A stretch of 26,746 bases of DNA from Fidelibacterota bacterium (GTDB taxonomy: Bacteria; Fidelibacterota; UBA2242), in assembly GCA_016936335.1 (NCBI GenBank), contig JAFGXZ010000279.1, positions 1-26,746 on the forward strand. The letters run 5' to 3'. Position numbers and translations under genes: made by a program. Positions 17,804-26,746 of this stretch are shown here, piece after piece (within the stretch, counting starts at the first letter, position 1; each line of letters starts with the position of its first letter). A model generated the notes under the pieces. It ran no database searches. It saw only the letters and a program-made list of their open reading frames with translations, and had not been told where the DNA came from.

Positions 17804-19614
17804 AAACACGTTTTCTCTGGATCCTGGTAATTGGCAGCCTGATTGTTTTATACGGGGAAGTGTTATCACTCGACGCATTGAATATTTCATTATTTCCGGA
17901 AGACATTTCCGAGGAAGACCTTGAAATTTATCTTGAAACATATCTCAACAATCCACTTGATTGGAACCATTGTGGTCCATCTGATATCGCGGCATTGCCT
18001 TTGAACGATGATATATTAGATAAATTACGCAGGTTAAAAAGCCGTTATCCGAACGTTACCAGCTGGCAAGAATTCCAGTCGATTTCAAAATTAGACAAAC
18101 AGGAGTTGAAAATTGTACAACTCTTTTTTATTATGGAAGAACCAGTAATTGAGCAAAAATTTCATTTTTTGAATTATACCTCTTTAAATAAGAGCAGTAC
18201 GATGGATTTAAATAAAAATTTATCCCGGGGAAAAATAACGTCTGGCCGACACTTGTCTATTGGTTTTATTGCCGAGCGGGACCGGGGCGAAAAAGCACTG
18301 TGGGATTATCGGAACTTCAGTGTGACAGTGAAACCTTTTTCCGGCCAAAGTGTCCTTGGGCTGTCATCTTTTAAATTGGATTGGGGACATGGACTGCTGT
18401 TTGCGAGAAGTAATTTGGCGTTTAAAAGTACATCGGTTGCGGGAAACATTCTGGCGGGCACGCCCCGGTTTGCTGAATATACCGGCTCTGATGAAAATCG
18501 ATATCTGCAGGGCGCTTATATCAGCCGGCAATGGAACCATCTGGGGTTGTACTCCGGTATTTCACGTCGGCAGCTTGATGCTACAATTCATGATTCAACC
18601 GTGGTGTCATTTCGTGAAACCGGTATTCACATTACAAACTCTGAGATGGCCGCAAAGGATACACTACAGGAAAATACGCTTTGTGGCGGCCTGGTATATT
18701 CAGGCAGTAGATTTCTGGGAGGAATTCTGGTATTTCAATCTTTCTATTCTTATCCGGTCTGCAATTATTTTAATCAGTCCCGGCAGAGTGGATTTTCGAT
18801 TTATCAGAAAATTAATGTAGGAAACTGGCGGTTTTCGGGTGAAATGGCAGTGTTGAATTCAAAGGAATATGCGATGATCCAGGGGTTTGTTTTTAAAGTG
18901 GATCCGTATGTGTTGGGTATTCAATATCGCTATTTTTCCGATTATTTTTCGACCCGCCTGTCTTCAGCCTTAAAGGAGTTTTCCGGTTCCGGCGGTAATG
19001 AACAGGGAATTTATATGGGATTACAGTGTAAAATTAATCAGCGCAACCGGGCCGGTGGATATATTGATTTTTATTCTCAAAACCGATCGTTTGAAAGGGG
19101 CATTGAGCCACTTCAAGGCTCGGATGCAGTACTATATCTGGATCATCGATGGCCTGACAGGCATTTTATCAATATGCGCCTGAGACGAAAATTGTTCATC
19201 GGGAGTTCAACAAAATATCAGACGACAATCTCGGCAAAATATTTTTTTCAAAAAAATGTTTCAGTGTCGTTCCGAGGTATTGTTAATGACATTGAAAACA
19301 ATCGAGGTGTGGGAACAAGTGTTTCATTATCTGTAAGTGAAATTAAAACCATGGAGATCACAGCGGGCACAACGCAATTTTACTCGCCGGTCTATAATAC
19401 CAGAATTTATCTCTATGAACCAGGGATTCCATTACGTTTCAATATGGTTTCACTTTATGGAACCGGTTATCGTTACTTTATAATAATTCAGAACCATTTT
19501 CGAAATGATATTGTGGTCGCGTTATCTATAAAAACTCAGGCCCGGCGCCTGATTACAGAATCAGTGTTTTCCAAAACTTTTCTGGTCGAATTCCAGATGG
19601 TGGTTGATTTATGA
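17800..19614 (+). CDS. Outer-membrane protein with an N-terminal ComEA-like helix-hairpin-helix region and a C-terminal beta-barrel
   Basis: Signal-like N-terminus; NPLDWN-x7-AALP...WQEFQSISKLD resembles the ComEA-type PLNLN...LP...F...L-x2-I; strand-rich remainder; 4-nt overlap with the upstream gene. Confidence 0.65.
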   Translation: MKTRFLWILVIGSLIVLYGEVLSLDALNISLFPEDISEEDLEIYLETYLNNPLDWNHCGPSDIAALPLNDDILDKLRRLKSRYPNVTSWQEFQSISKLDKQELKIVQLFFIMEEPVIEQKFHFLNYTSLNKSSTMDLNKNLSRGKITSGRHLSIGFIAERDRGEKALWDYRNFSVTVKPFSGQSVLGLSSFKLDWGHGLLFARSNLAFKSTSVAGNILAGTPRFAEYTGSDENRYLQGAYISRQWNHLGLYSGISRRQLDATIHDSTVVSFRETGIHITNSEMAAKDTLQENTLCGGLVYSGSRFLGGILVFQSFYSYPVCNYFNQSRQSGFSIYQKINVGNWRFSGEMAVLNSKEYAMIQGFVFKVDPYVLGIQYRYFSDYFSTRLSSALKEFSGSGGNEQGIYMGLQCKINQRNRAGGYIDFYSQNRSFERGIEPLQGSDAVLYLDHRWPDRHFINMRLRRKLFIGSSTKYQTTISAKYFFQKNVSVSFRGIVNDIENNRGVGTSVSLSVSEIKTMEITAGTTQFYSPVYNTRIYLYEPGIPLRFNMVSLYGTGYRYFIIIQNHFRNDIVVALSIKTQARRLITESVFSKTFLVEFQMVVDL

Positions 19615-19645
19615 GGTGTTAGTTCGTAATTTCCCCCCGATTGTA

Positions 19646-21205
19646 ATGAAGATAAAATTATTTATACTATTCATAATATTGTCAGAGATGCTAACCGGTT
19701 CGGTATCGGAAAAACTCGTTATCAGTTCTCCGCCGCTTAAGAATACGGACCAACTGATTACAGTTTTAACGGTTGAGAAAACCCGATATCTGTCAGCCCA
19801 GGACTTTGCGGCGGCGTTCGGGGTTCGAATATATTACCGCAAAGAGAGCGGTAAAATCGTCTTTTTCTTTAAAAATAATAAAATCAAGTTGACGGTCAAT
19901 AATTCATTTTTAATGTTTGATGCTCAGATATTTCAGATGCCTCTCCCGGCGGTACTGATTGATGATCAGGTATTCGTACCAGCGGTTTCGTTTTTAACAT
20001 TGGTCAAACAATATACACTTCCTGATTTACAATATACAATATCAGAGACAACCGATTCCCTCTATGTTAATGAAAACCGAATTAATCATTTTGACCGGCC
20101 GAAGACCACTGGGGGAACAATAGCAGGCATTACGGAGCTGACAGGCATTCGCTTTGAAGAAAAAGCCAACGGTGTGGCAATTCGAATCAATGCGCCGGGT
20201 ACGTTCACAGATGCCGACTTTTCAAGTTTTTTTAAAGGCGAAGAGTGGTTTTATTTGACTATCTATGGTGCCTCGTGCGATTCCTCCCGGCTGTCCTCGG
20301 TTTTCCCGACGAATTCAATTCAAAAAGTTGTTGCAATTCCAACCGGCAGCTCGGTCCAGATCGGTTTTCAGTTGAACCGGCAATTTAAATCCGCCGATGT
20401 TCATTTCGATATGCGGACCAGCGAAATTCTGCTCTCCCTGTTTTTACCACTGAACCGTGATATTAAACGCAAGATTGAAGAGGCTAAGACCGCCTGGATT
20501 ATTGATACTATTGTTCTTGATCCCGGTCATGGTGGCAAGGACCCGGGGACTCCCGGGCGTTGGGGGTACATGCATGAAAAAGACATTGTCCTAGACGTTG
20601 CCTTGAGGGTCGGCAGGCTATTGGAGAAAAACAAGAAAATCAAGGTTGTTTACACGCGCAAAACAGATGAATTTATTCCCATTTGGAAACGATCTGAAAT
20701 TGCCAATCAAGCCAACGGAAAACTGTTTATCAGTCTTCATGTTAATGCAACAAAAAATATCTCTAACGCGGAGGGTCTGGAATTTTACCTGCTGCGCCCC
20801 GGAAGATCTGAGGAAGCCATAAAAATCGCAGAGACTGAAAATTCCGTTATTCATCTTGAAGATGATGAAGACAAGCTTAAATATCAGGGTTATGATGATA
20901 TTACCAATATTCTGGCGAACATGGTACATTCGACAAATATGAAAGACAGTGAACTTCTGGCCAGTATTCATTCCCGGAATTTTACCCAGATGGTTGCCCA
21001 AAAGAACCGGGGCGTGAAACAGGCCGGTTTCTACGTGCTTGTCGGGGCAGACATGCCCAAGCTGCTTTGCGAACTCGGTTATAATACCAACAAAGAAGAA
21101 GCCAGAAAACTGAACAATCCCAAGCACCGCCAGAAAATGGCTGAGGCGATTTATAAAAGTATAATAGAGTTTAAGGAGTTAAGTGATAAAACCATCTCCC
21201 GCTAA
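19646..21205 (+). CDS. N-acetylmuramoyl-L-alanine amidase (Amidase_3) with N-terminal stalk/AMIN-like domains
   Basis: Zn ligands in IVLDPGHGGKDPG, EKDIVL and ISLHVNA, and catalytic Glu in LCELGY. The start is placed at the signal-peptide Met (MKIKLF); the ORF track starts at 19604. Confidence 0.93.
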   Translation: MKIKLFILFIILSEMLTGSVSEKLVISSPPLKNTDQLITVLTVEKTRYLSAQDFAAAFGVRIYYRKESGKIVFFFKNNKIKLTVNNSFLMFDAQIFQMPLPAVLIDDQVFVPAVSFLTLVKQYTLPDLQYTISETTDSLYVNENRINHFDRPKTTGGTIAGITELTGIRFEEKANGVAIRINAPGTFTDADFSSFFKGEEWFYLTIYGASCDSSRLSSVFPTNSIQKVVAIPTGSSVQIGFQLNRQFKSADVHFDMRTSEILLSLFLPLNRDIKRKIEEAKTAWIIDTIVLDPGHGGKDPGTPGRWGYMHEKDIVLDVALRVGRLLEKNKKIKVVYTRKTDEFIPIWKRSEIANQANGKLFISLHVNATKNISNAEGLEFYLLRPGRSEEAIKIAETENSVIHLEDDEDKLKYQGYDDITNILANMVHSTNMKDSELLASIHSRNFTQMVAQKNRGVKQAGFYVLVGADMPKLLCELGYNTNKEEARKLNNPKHRQKMAEAIYKSIIEFKELSDKTISR

Positions 21206-22022
21206 TCTTGATTTGAAAAACAGACCCATCGGGGTATTCGATTCCGGTCTGGGCGGATTAACCGTTGTTAATCAGTTGATGCATTATCTTCCGCAGGAAT
21301 CCATTATCTATTTCGGCGATACGGCCCGGGTTCCTTACGGTACAAAAAGTCCGGAAACAATCCGGAAGTTTGCTATTCAAATCACCCAGTATTTACAGTC
21401 CCAAGGTGTAAAATTCATCGTAGTGGCATGTAATACTGTATCCAGTGTCGCCATGGAAAATGTTATTGAACTCAGCTCTGTTCCGGTGATCGGTGTTATC
21501 CAGCCGGGGGCCCGGGCGGCGCTGGAAAAAAGTAAAATCCGGCGTATCGGTGTTATTGGAACAAGTGCTACTGTAGCTGCAGGCAAGTACAATTCGGTGC
21601 TATTATCAATGGCGCCGGATGTGGCGGTTTTTTCCCAGGCCTGTCCCCTTTTTGTACCGTTGGTGGAAGAGGGTTGGATTGATTCCGAAGTAACGGAAAT
21701 GGTTGCCCGGATTTATCTGGAATCCTTAATGCGGCAGAGCATCGATACCTTGATTCTGGGCTGTACTCATTATCCGATCATTAAAGAAACCATCAAAAAG
21801 GTAGTTGATGGCGACGTTGAAATTGTTGACAGTGCGATTCAAACCGCACTCGAGGTCCGTGAAGTATTGTCCTCAAAAAATTTACTGAATGCTTCCGGAA
21901 CGCCGCCTAAATATCAGTTTTATGTCAGTGATTTCCCCCAAAAGTTTGAAGATATTGCCCGCCGATTACTCGGTCAGACACCAGAAAACATCCGCCGGAT
22001 TTCTCTCGATGATTGTGTCTAA
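21183..22022 (+). CDS. murI: Glutamate racemase
   Basis: IGVFDSGLGGLTV, DTARVPYG, and the catalytic Cys pair in VACNT and LGCTHYP. Confidence 0.97.
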   Translation: MIKPSPANLDLKNRPIGVFDSGLGGLTVVNQLMHYLPQESIIYFGDTARVPYGTKSPETIRKFAIQITQYLQSQGVKFIVVACNTVSSVAMENVIELSSVPVIGVIQPGARAALEKSKIRRIGVIGTSATVAAGKYNSVLLSMAPDVAVFSQACPLFVPLVEEGWIDSEVTEMVARIYLESLMRQSIDTLILGCTHYPIIKETIKKVVDGDVEIVDSAIQTALEVREVLSSKNLLNASGTPPKYQFYVSDFPQKFEDIARRLLGQTPENIRRISLDDCV

Positions 22023-23320
22023 TGAATCTCCCCGATAATAAAAACCCGCTTCAACCGAAGCTGGATTATTTATATGCCCTCGACGGTAAAGGTATTAAAC
22101 CGGGTTTGAAGAGGATATTGGAATTTCTGAACCGTATTGGCAATCCTCAAAAACAGTTAAACGCGATTCATGTCGCCGGGACAAACGGTAAGGGCAGCAC
22201 CTGTGCAATGTTATCGTCGGTGTTAAGGGCTACGGGTCTCAAGGTTGGTCTGTACACGTCACCCCATTTGGTTCATTTTAATGAACGGATTCGAATCAAT
22301 GGAAATAAAATCAGTGATGCTGAAATTATCGGTTTTTTGGACAAATACCAAACTGTCATTGAAAATGTTGATTCCACCTTTTTTGAAACCACAACCGCCC
22401 TGGCCTTTGATTATTTTCAAAAAAATGCCGTCGATATTGCAATTCTGGAAACGGGATTGGGCGGCCGCTTTGATGCAACAAATGTTGTAACTCCGTTACT
22501 ATCGATCATAACACCCATTGGGAAGGACCACGAAATATTTTTAGGCAACACACTGGCTAAAATTGCACTGGAAAAAGCAGGCATAATAAAACCCGGGATC
22601 CCGGTTATTTCTGCTAAGCAACGCCCGCAGCTCCGGCAAATTCTAGAAAATGAGGCACAAAAAAATTGCTGTCCGTTCGTTTATGCTCCGGATTGTTGTC
22701 AAATTACAATACGTAAGCAATTTGATGATCGGCAATCTATTACAATTAAATCGGATAAATTTCATTTTGATGAACTTATTTTCCCGTTAATAGGTGATCA
22801 TCAACTGGTAAATTTAAAAACGGTGATAGCTGCATTGAATAATTTGCATATGCTTAAAATTACTCCTTACGCTGTTGAATCAGGTATTGCTTCAACCTGC
22901 TGGCACGGACGCCTTGAACGGCTTTCCCGGAATCCCTTGGTTTATTATGATGTTGGCCATAATTTGCACGGGATTCGACAAATTGCACAAACTCTCGAAA
23001 AAACGTTTCCCGGGAAGAAATTTAAATTGCTGATTGCGATGGGACAGTATAAAAATATTGACTCACTGGGGAAGCTGCTGTCGAAAATTATTGATGAAGT
23101 TTTTGTCTCGGAAATACCGGGCGGTCAATCAATTCCCGCAATAACATTAGCTGCCATTGTGAAACGCGATTTACCCGCTGTGACCATAAATATCGAACCC
23201 GATCTGAACTTGTCACTTCGGCGAATCATGACGTCTTTTGGGGCCACTGACCGGTTGCTGATTTTAGGCAGTCATTATTTTGCACCAGTGATTTATGATT
23301 TTTTTAAAATAAATGTTTGA
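22022..23320 (+). CDS. folC: Bifunctional folylpolyglutamate synthase / dihydrofolate synthase
   Basis: HVAGTNGKGS, YTSPHL, ERIRING, LETGLGGRFDATN, WHGRLE, DVGHN. The start is placed at the TAATG overlap with the murI stop. Confidence 0.95.
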   Translation: MNLPDNKNPLQPKLDYLYALDGKGIKPGLKRILEFLNRIGNPQKQLNAIHVAGTNGKGSTCAMLSSVLRATGLKVGLYTSPHLVHFNERIRINGNKISDAEIIGFLDKYQTVIENVDSTFFETTTALAFDYFQKNAVDIAILETGLGGRFDATNVVTPLLSIITPIGKDHEIFLGNTLAKIALEKAGIIKPGIPVISAKQRPQLRQILENEAQKNCCPFVYAPDCCQITIRKQFDDRQSITIKSDKFHFDELIFPLIGDHQLVNLKTVIAALNNLHMLKITPYAVESGIASTCWHGRLERLSRNPLVYYDVGHNLHGIRQIAQTLEKTFPGKKFKLLIAMGQYKNIDSLGKLLSKIIDEVFVSEIPGGQSIPAITLAAIVKRDLPAVTINIEPDLNLSLRRIMTSFGATDRLLILGSHYFAPVIYDFFKINV

Positions 23321-23344
23321 CAATAACGGAATAGTAGTTAAATT
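23317..23344 (+). promoter_or_regulatory. Putative sigma70 promoter for rho
   Basis: TTGACA (23317-23322, overlapping the folC stop), 16 nt, TAAATT (23339-23344). Confidence 0.55.
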
Positions 23345-23435
23345 TTTTAAGTGTGAATTTTAGGCCGCGTTTTTAGACCTACCAACTTTATGAAAATCAC
23401 TTTTAAACTTATTCTATTAATATAGGGAATTAATA

Positions 23436-24695
23436 ATGGAGAAAGAATTGACGATTACGTCGCTTCAATCTATGAAGATTAAAGATCTAACGGATATGGC
23501 CGTTAAACTGGAGATTCCGGAACATACTGGTTTAAAGAAAATAGACCTGATCAATAAGATTCTGGAAGCGAATGCCAAAAAAGAGGGACGAATATTTTCT
23601 CAGGGTGTTCTACAGGTTATGGATGAAGGCTACGGATTTCTTCGTTCGGAAGAATTCAGTTATTTATCCGGTCCCGATGATGTGTATATTTCGCCATCAC
23701 AGATCAAACGATTTGGATTAAGGACCGGCCATATTGTTTCCGGTCAGATCCGGCCACCGAAAGACAACGAACGATTTTTCGCATTACTCAGAGTTGACGC
23801 GGTTAATATGATGAACCCGGAAGAGGTAAAATCCAAGAAACCTTTCGACAGTCTGACCCCGCTTTACCCCGAAAGCCGGGTACAATTGGAAACTGACGGG
23901 AAAAACCTCTCCATGCGTGTGATGGATCTGCTTTGTCCGATCGGCAAAGGCCAAAGAGGGTTGATTGTAGCCCAGCCCAAAACCGGTAAAACGATTCTCC
24001 TACAGCAGATTGCCAACAGTATTACCACTAATCACCCGGAAATTATTCTGATCGTTCTCCTGATTGACGAGCGCCCGGAAGAGGTTACGGATATGGAACG
24101 GTCGGTTAAAGCCGAAGTGGTTAGTTCGACCTTCGATGAACCGCCGGAACGTCATGTCCAGGTTTCCGATATGGTATTGGAAAAGGCCAAACGCCTGGTA
24201 GAGCTAGGCTTTCACGTGGTGATTTTGCTCGATAGTATTACCCGGCTTGCCCGGGCTCATAACGCGGTTGTACCCCACAGTGGAAAAATTCTTTCCGGCG
24301 GTATTGACGCCAACGCACTCCACCGACCGAAACGATTTTTCGGTTCAGCCCGAAACATCGAACAGGGCGGCAGCCTGACAATTATTGCCACGGCATTAAT
24401 TGATACCGGCAGCCGTATGGACGATGTGATTTTTGAAGAGTTTAAAGGAACCGGTAATATGGAACTGGTGCTGGATCGGCGCCTCAGCGACCGGCGTGTT
24501 TTTCCGTCGATAGATGTGAACCGGTCTGGAACCCGTAAAGAGGAACTGCTGATGTCATCGGCGGAACTTGCTCGGGTCTGGGTGTTGCGGAAATTGCTCA
24601 GTGAAATGAATCCCGTTGAGGCTATGGAGTTTCTGCTGGAGCGAATGAAACGGGCGAACAGCAACCGTGAATTTCTTAAATCCATGAATCAGTAG
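23436..24695 (+). CDS. rho: Transcription termination factor Rho (short form, no N-terminal insertion domain)
   Basis: [25 protein letters not shown], Walker [39 protein letters not shown]; 419 aa. Confidence 0.99.
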   Translation: MEKELTITSLQSMKIKDLTDMAVKLEIPEHTGLKKIDLINKILEANAKKEGRIFSQGVLQVMDEGYGFLRSEEFSYLSGPDDVYISPSQIKRFGLRTGHIVSGQIRPPKDNERFFALLRVDAVNMMNPEEVKSKKPFDSLTPLYPESRVQLETDGKNLSMRVMDLLCPIGKGQRGLIVAQPKTGKTILLQQIANSITTNHPEIILIVLLIDERPEEVTDMERSVKAEVVSSTFDEPPERHVQVSDMVLEKAKRLVELGFHVVILLDSITRLARAHNAVVPHSGKILSGGIDANALHRPKRFFGSARNIEQGGSLTIIATALIDTGSRMDDVIFEEFKGTGNMELVLDRRLSDRRVFPSIDVNRSGTRKEELLMSSAELARVWVLRKLLSEMNPVEAMEFLLERMKRANSNREFLKSMNQ

Positions 24696-24730
24696 ACGTG
24701 GTTATCACGGAAAGCGGCGGATTTATTCAC

Positions 24731-24760
24731 TTGATTTTTTAGACATTAGCGTTGTATATT
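24731..24760 (+). promoter_or_regulatory. Putative sigma70 promoter for rpmE
   Basis: TTGATT (24731-24736), 18 nt, TATATT (24755-24760); SD AAGGA before ATG 24802. Confidence 0.5.
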
Positions 24761-24801
24761 TGCACGCTTTATACAATGATGACTTAGAGTAAGGATCTCA
24801 C

Positions 24802-25014
24802 ATGAAATCGGATATACATCCAAAATACGAAAAATGCACCGTAAGTTGTGCATGCGGGAATACATTTGAAACCCGGTCAACGACCGGCGATCTGAAAGTT
24901 GAAATTTGTTCAGCCTGTCACCCCTTTTTTACCGGGAAACAGAAGCTGATTGATTCAGCCGGGCGGATTGAGAAATTCAACCGTAAGTATAATCGCCCCA
25001 CAGAAAAGGGTTAG
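24802..25014 (+). CDS. rpmE: 50S ribosomal protein L31, Zn-binding type
   Basis: [36 protein letters not shown]; four Cys. Confidence 0.98.
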   Translation: MKSDIHPKYEKCTVSCACGNTFETRSTTGDLKVEICSACHPFFTGKQKLIDSAGRIEKFNRKYNRPTEKG

Positions 25015-25028
25015 CAATCCAAATAAAT

Positions 25029-25070
25029 ATAGCGACGTCTTCTTTCGTTGGAAGGGGTCGCTATTTTTTT
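25029..25070 (+). terminator. Rho-independent terminator after rpmE
   Basis: Stem ATAGCGAC.../...GTCGCTAT with an imperfect inner extension, followed by a T run to 25070. Confidence 0.75.
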
Positions 25071-25080
25071 GTGTAAAACT

Positions 25081-26037
25081 ATGAATAAAAAAATACTCGT
25101 TGGCGGACAGGCAGTAATTGAAGGCGTGATGATGCGAGTGCCTGGCGCATACGCTACGGCAGTTCGGAAACCGGATGGTGCAATTGAAACGAAACGGCAC
25201 GAATTTACGTCTGTAACAGAAAAGATACCATTATTGAAACGCCCGATTTTCCGGGGAATGGTTTCGCTGTTTGAATCATTAAAAATAGGGCTGGGCACAT
25301 TGCAGTTTTCCGCAGATGTGGCCATTCAGGCCGAAGAGCAGGCCCAGGGGAAGGAGCATAAGGAAGAAAACAAACTTGTTTCCGGATTGACAATGGCTTT
25401 TGCTTTGCTGCTTGGATTTGTCCTGTTTGGATTTTTACCTCTGTACATTACAACAGAATTGCTGAACATTGAAAAAAAGGCCTTTGCATTTAATATAGTC
25501 GCCGGACTGTGGCGGATTGGTTTTTTTCTGGTATACCTATGGGTAATTTCGCTGATGAAGGATATACAGCGGCTTTTTCAATATCATGGCGCCGAGCATA
25601 AAATCGTTTTTACCTTTGAAAACGGTGATGATCTGACCATAGAGAACAGCCGAAAGTTTGAAACCTTTCATCCCCGTTGTGGCACCAGTTTTATTTTTAT
25701 TGTTTTATTATCGTCGATCCTGATGTTTGCTTTAATTGATACGGCAATTATTGCCATTGTAGGCAATATTACACTTCCGATGCGTCTGATTTTTCACCTG
25801 TTGATGATGCCGGTGGTTGCCGGAGTGGGCTATGAGTTTTTAAAAGTGACCTCTAAACATCAAAATTCCTGGTGGGGCCGCAGTCTGTCTGCGCCGGGTT
25901 TATGGCTGCAGCGGATTACAACAAAACCACCCAGCGATGAACAACTGGAAGTGGCAATTATTGCTCTTAAGACGGCCTTTGGTGATTCTTTTGATAAATA
26001 TGTTGGTCAAAAATTTATCGCGGAAGCGGTTGAGTAA
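25081..26037 (+). CDS. DUF1385 family membrane protein
   Basis: [42 protein letters not shown]. The start is placed at ATG 25081; the ORF-track start at 25048 lies inside the terminator. Confidence 0.92.
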   Translation: MNKKILVGGQAVIEGVMMRVPGAYATAVRKPDGAIETKRHEFTSVTEKIPLLKRPIFRGMVSLFESLKIGLGTLQFSADVAIQAEEQAQGKEHKEENKLVSGLTMAFALLLGFVLFGFLPLYITTELLNIEKKAFAFNIVAGLWRIGFFLVYLWVISLMKDIQRLFQYHGAEHKIVFTFENGDDLTIENSRKFETFHPRCGTSFIFIVLLSSILMFALIDTAIIAIVGNITLPMRLIFHLLMMPVVAGVGYEFLKVTSKHQNSWWGRSLSAPGLWLQRITTKPPSDEQLEVAIIALKTAFGDSFDKYVGQKFIAEAVE

Positions 26038-26048
26038 ATGGTAATTTT

Positions 26049-26746
26049 ATGAAAGACAAACTCCTTGAAATCCAACGGCATTCGGAGGAATTATCACGAG
26101 AATTAGCGAAACCGGAAGTATTTTCCGATCAGGATCGCTATAAAAAACTGGGCAAAGAACACAAAGATCTGCAGCCTATTGTTGAAAAATCAAAAGAATA
26201 TCTGGCCGTTCTTAAAAACCTTGAAGATGACCAGGAAATTCTTAAAGGTTCCGACAATGAATTAAAGGAACTGGTTTATGGAGAGATTGATCATCTTAAA
26301 GTTCGCGAAGAAGAACTTCAGGAAGAACTTAAAATTCTTCTAATCCCCAAAGATCCGAACGATGATAAAAATGCCATCGTCGAAATTCGTGCCGGTACCG
26401 GTGGAGATGAGGCCGCCATTTTTGCTGCGGACCTCTATCGTATGTATATCAAATATGCGGAGCGAAAAAACTGGAAAGTCGAAGAATTATCCAGCAATAT
26501 GATCGGCATCGGTGGCCTGAAGGAAGTCATTTTTTCAATCAGTGGTAGTGGTGTTTACGGGACACTGAAATTTGAATCCGGTGTGCATCGGGTACAGCGA
26601 GTTCCGGTAACCGAGACTTCCGGCCGAATTCACACATCTGCCGCTACAGTTGCGGTATTGCCGGAAGCTGAAGACGTTGACCTGGATATTGATCCGTCGG
26701 AGTTGAGAATTGATACATACCGGGCCAGTGGCGCCGGTGGTCAGCA
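26049..26746 (+). CDS. prfA: Peptide chain release factor 1, partial (runs off the right edge); not in the ORF track
   Basis: Manual translation from ATG 26049: MKDKLLEIQ...[12 protein letters not shown]...[14 protein letters not shown]...[13 protein letters not shown]...RASGAGGQ. It has the RF1-type PVT motif and GGQ. Confidence 0.98.
   Translation, partial: MKDKLLEIQRHSEELSRELAKPEVFSDQDRYKKLGKEHKDLQPIVEKSKEYLAVLKNLEDDQEILKGSDNELKELVYGEIDHLKVREEELQEELKILLIPKDPNDDKNAIVEIRAGTGGDEAAIFAADLYRMYIKYAERKNWKVEELSSNMIGIGGLKEVIFSISGSGVYGTLKFESGVHRVQRVPVTETSGRIHTSAATVAVLPEAEDVDLDIDPSELRIDTYRASGAGGQ

Overview
Bacterial chromosomal window in two strand blocks that diverge at pfkA/eno. An FCB-superphylum-like lineage is suggested by the PorV-like and HhH beta-barrel genes; this is inference, not established. 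The minus-strand block (1-14102) runs, in transcription order: pfkA, a GAF-GAF pseudo-histidine kinase, a REC-histidine kinase, a REC-helical-repeat regulator, a separately promoted 75-aa basic tandem-repeat protein, an 1126-aa internally duplicated CPBP-family membrane protease, a GAF/HD-GYP phosphodiesterase, rlmD, a REC-FHA protein, a hemolysin-III/TrhA protein and the 5' part of an IS630-family transposase cut by the window edge. The plus-strand block (14286-26746) is mostly housekeeping: eno, ftsB, an orphan motA, a PorV-like barrel plus an HhH barrel, an amidase, murI, folC, rho, rpmE, DUF1385 and a partial prfA. The best candidate for an undescribed system is the pfkA-coupled pseudokinase/kinase/regulator cascade, which has no DNA-binding output. 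Next are the small repeat protein, the duplicated active/dead CPBP protease, the barrel pair (possible DNA uptake) and motA without motB. All domain calls come from recognising motifs by eye; no database searches were run.
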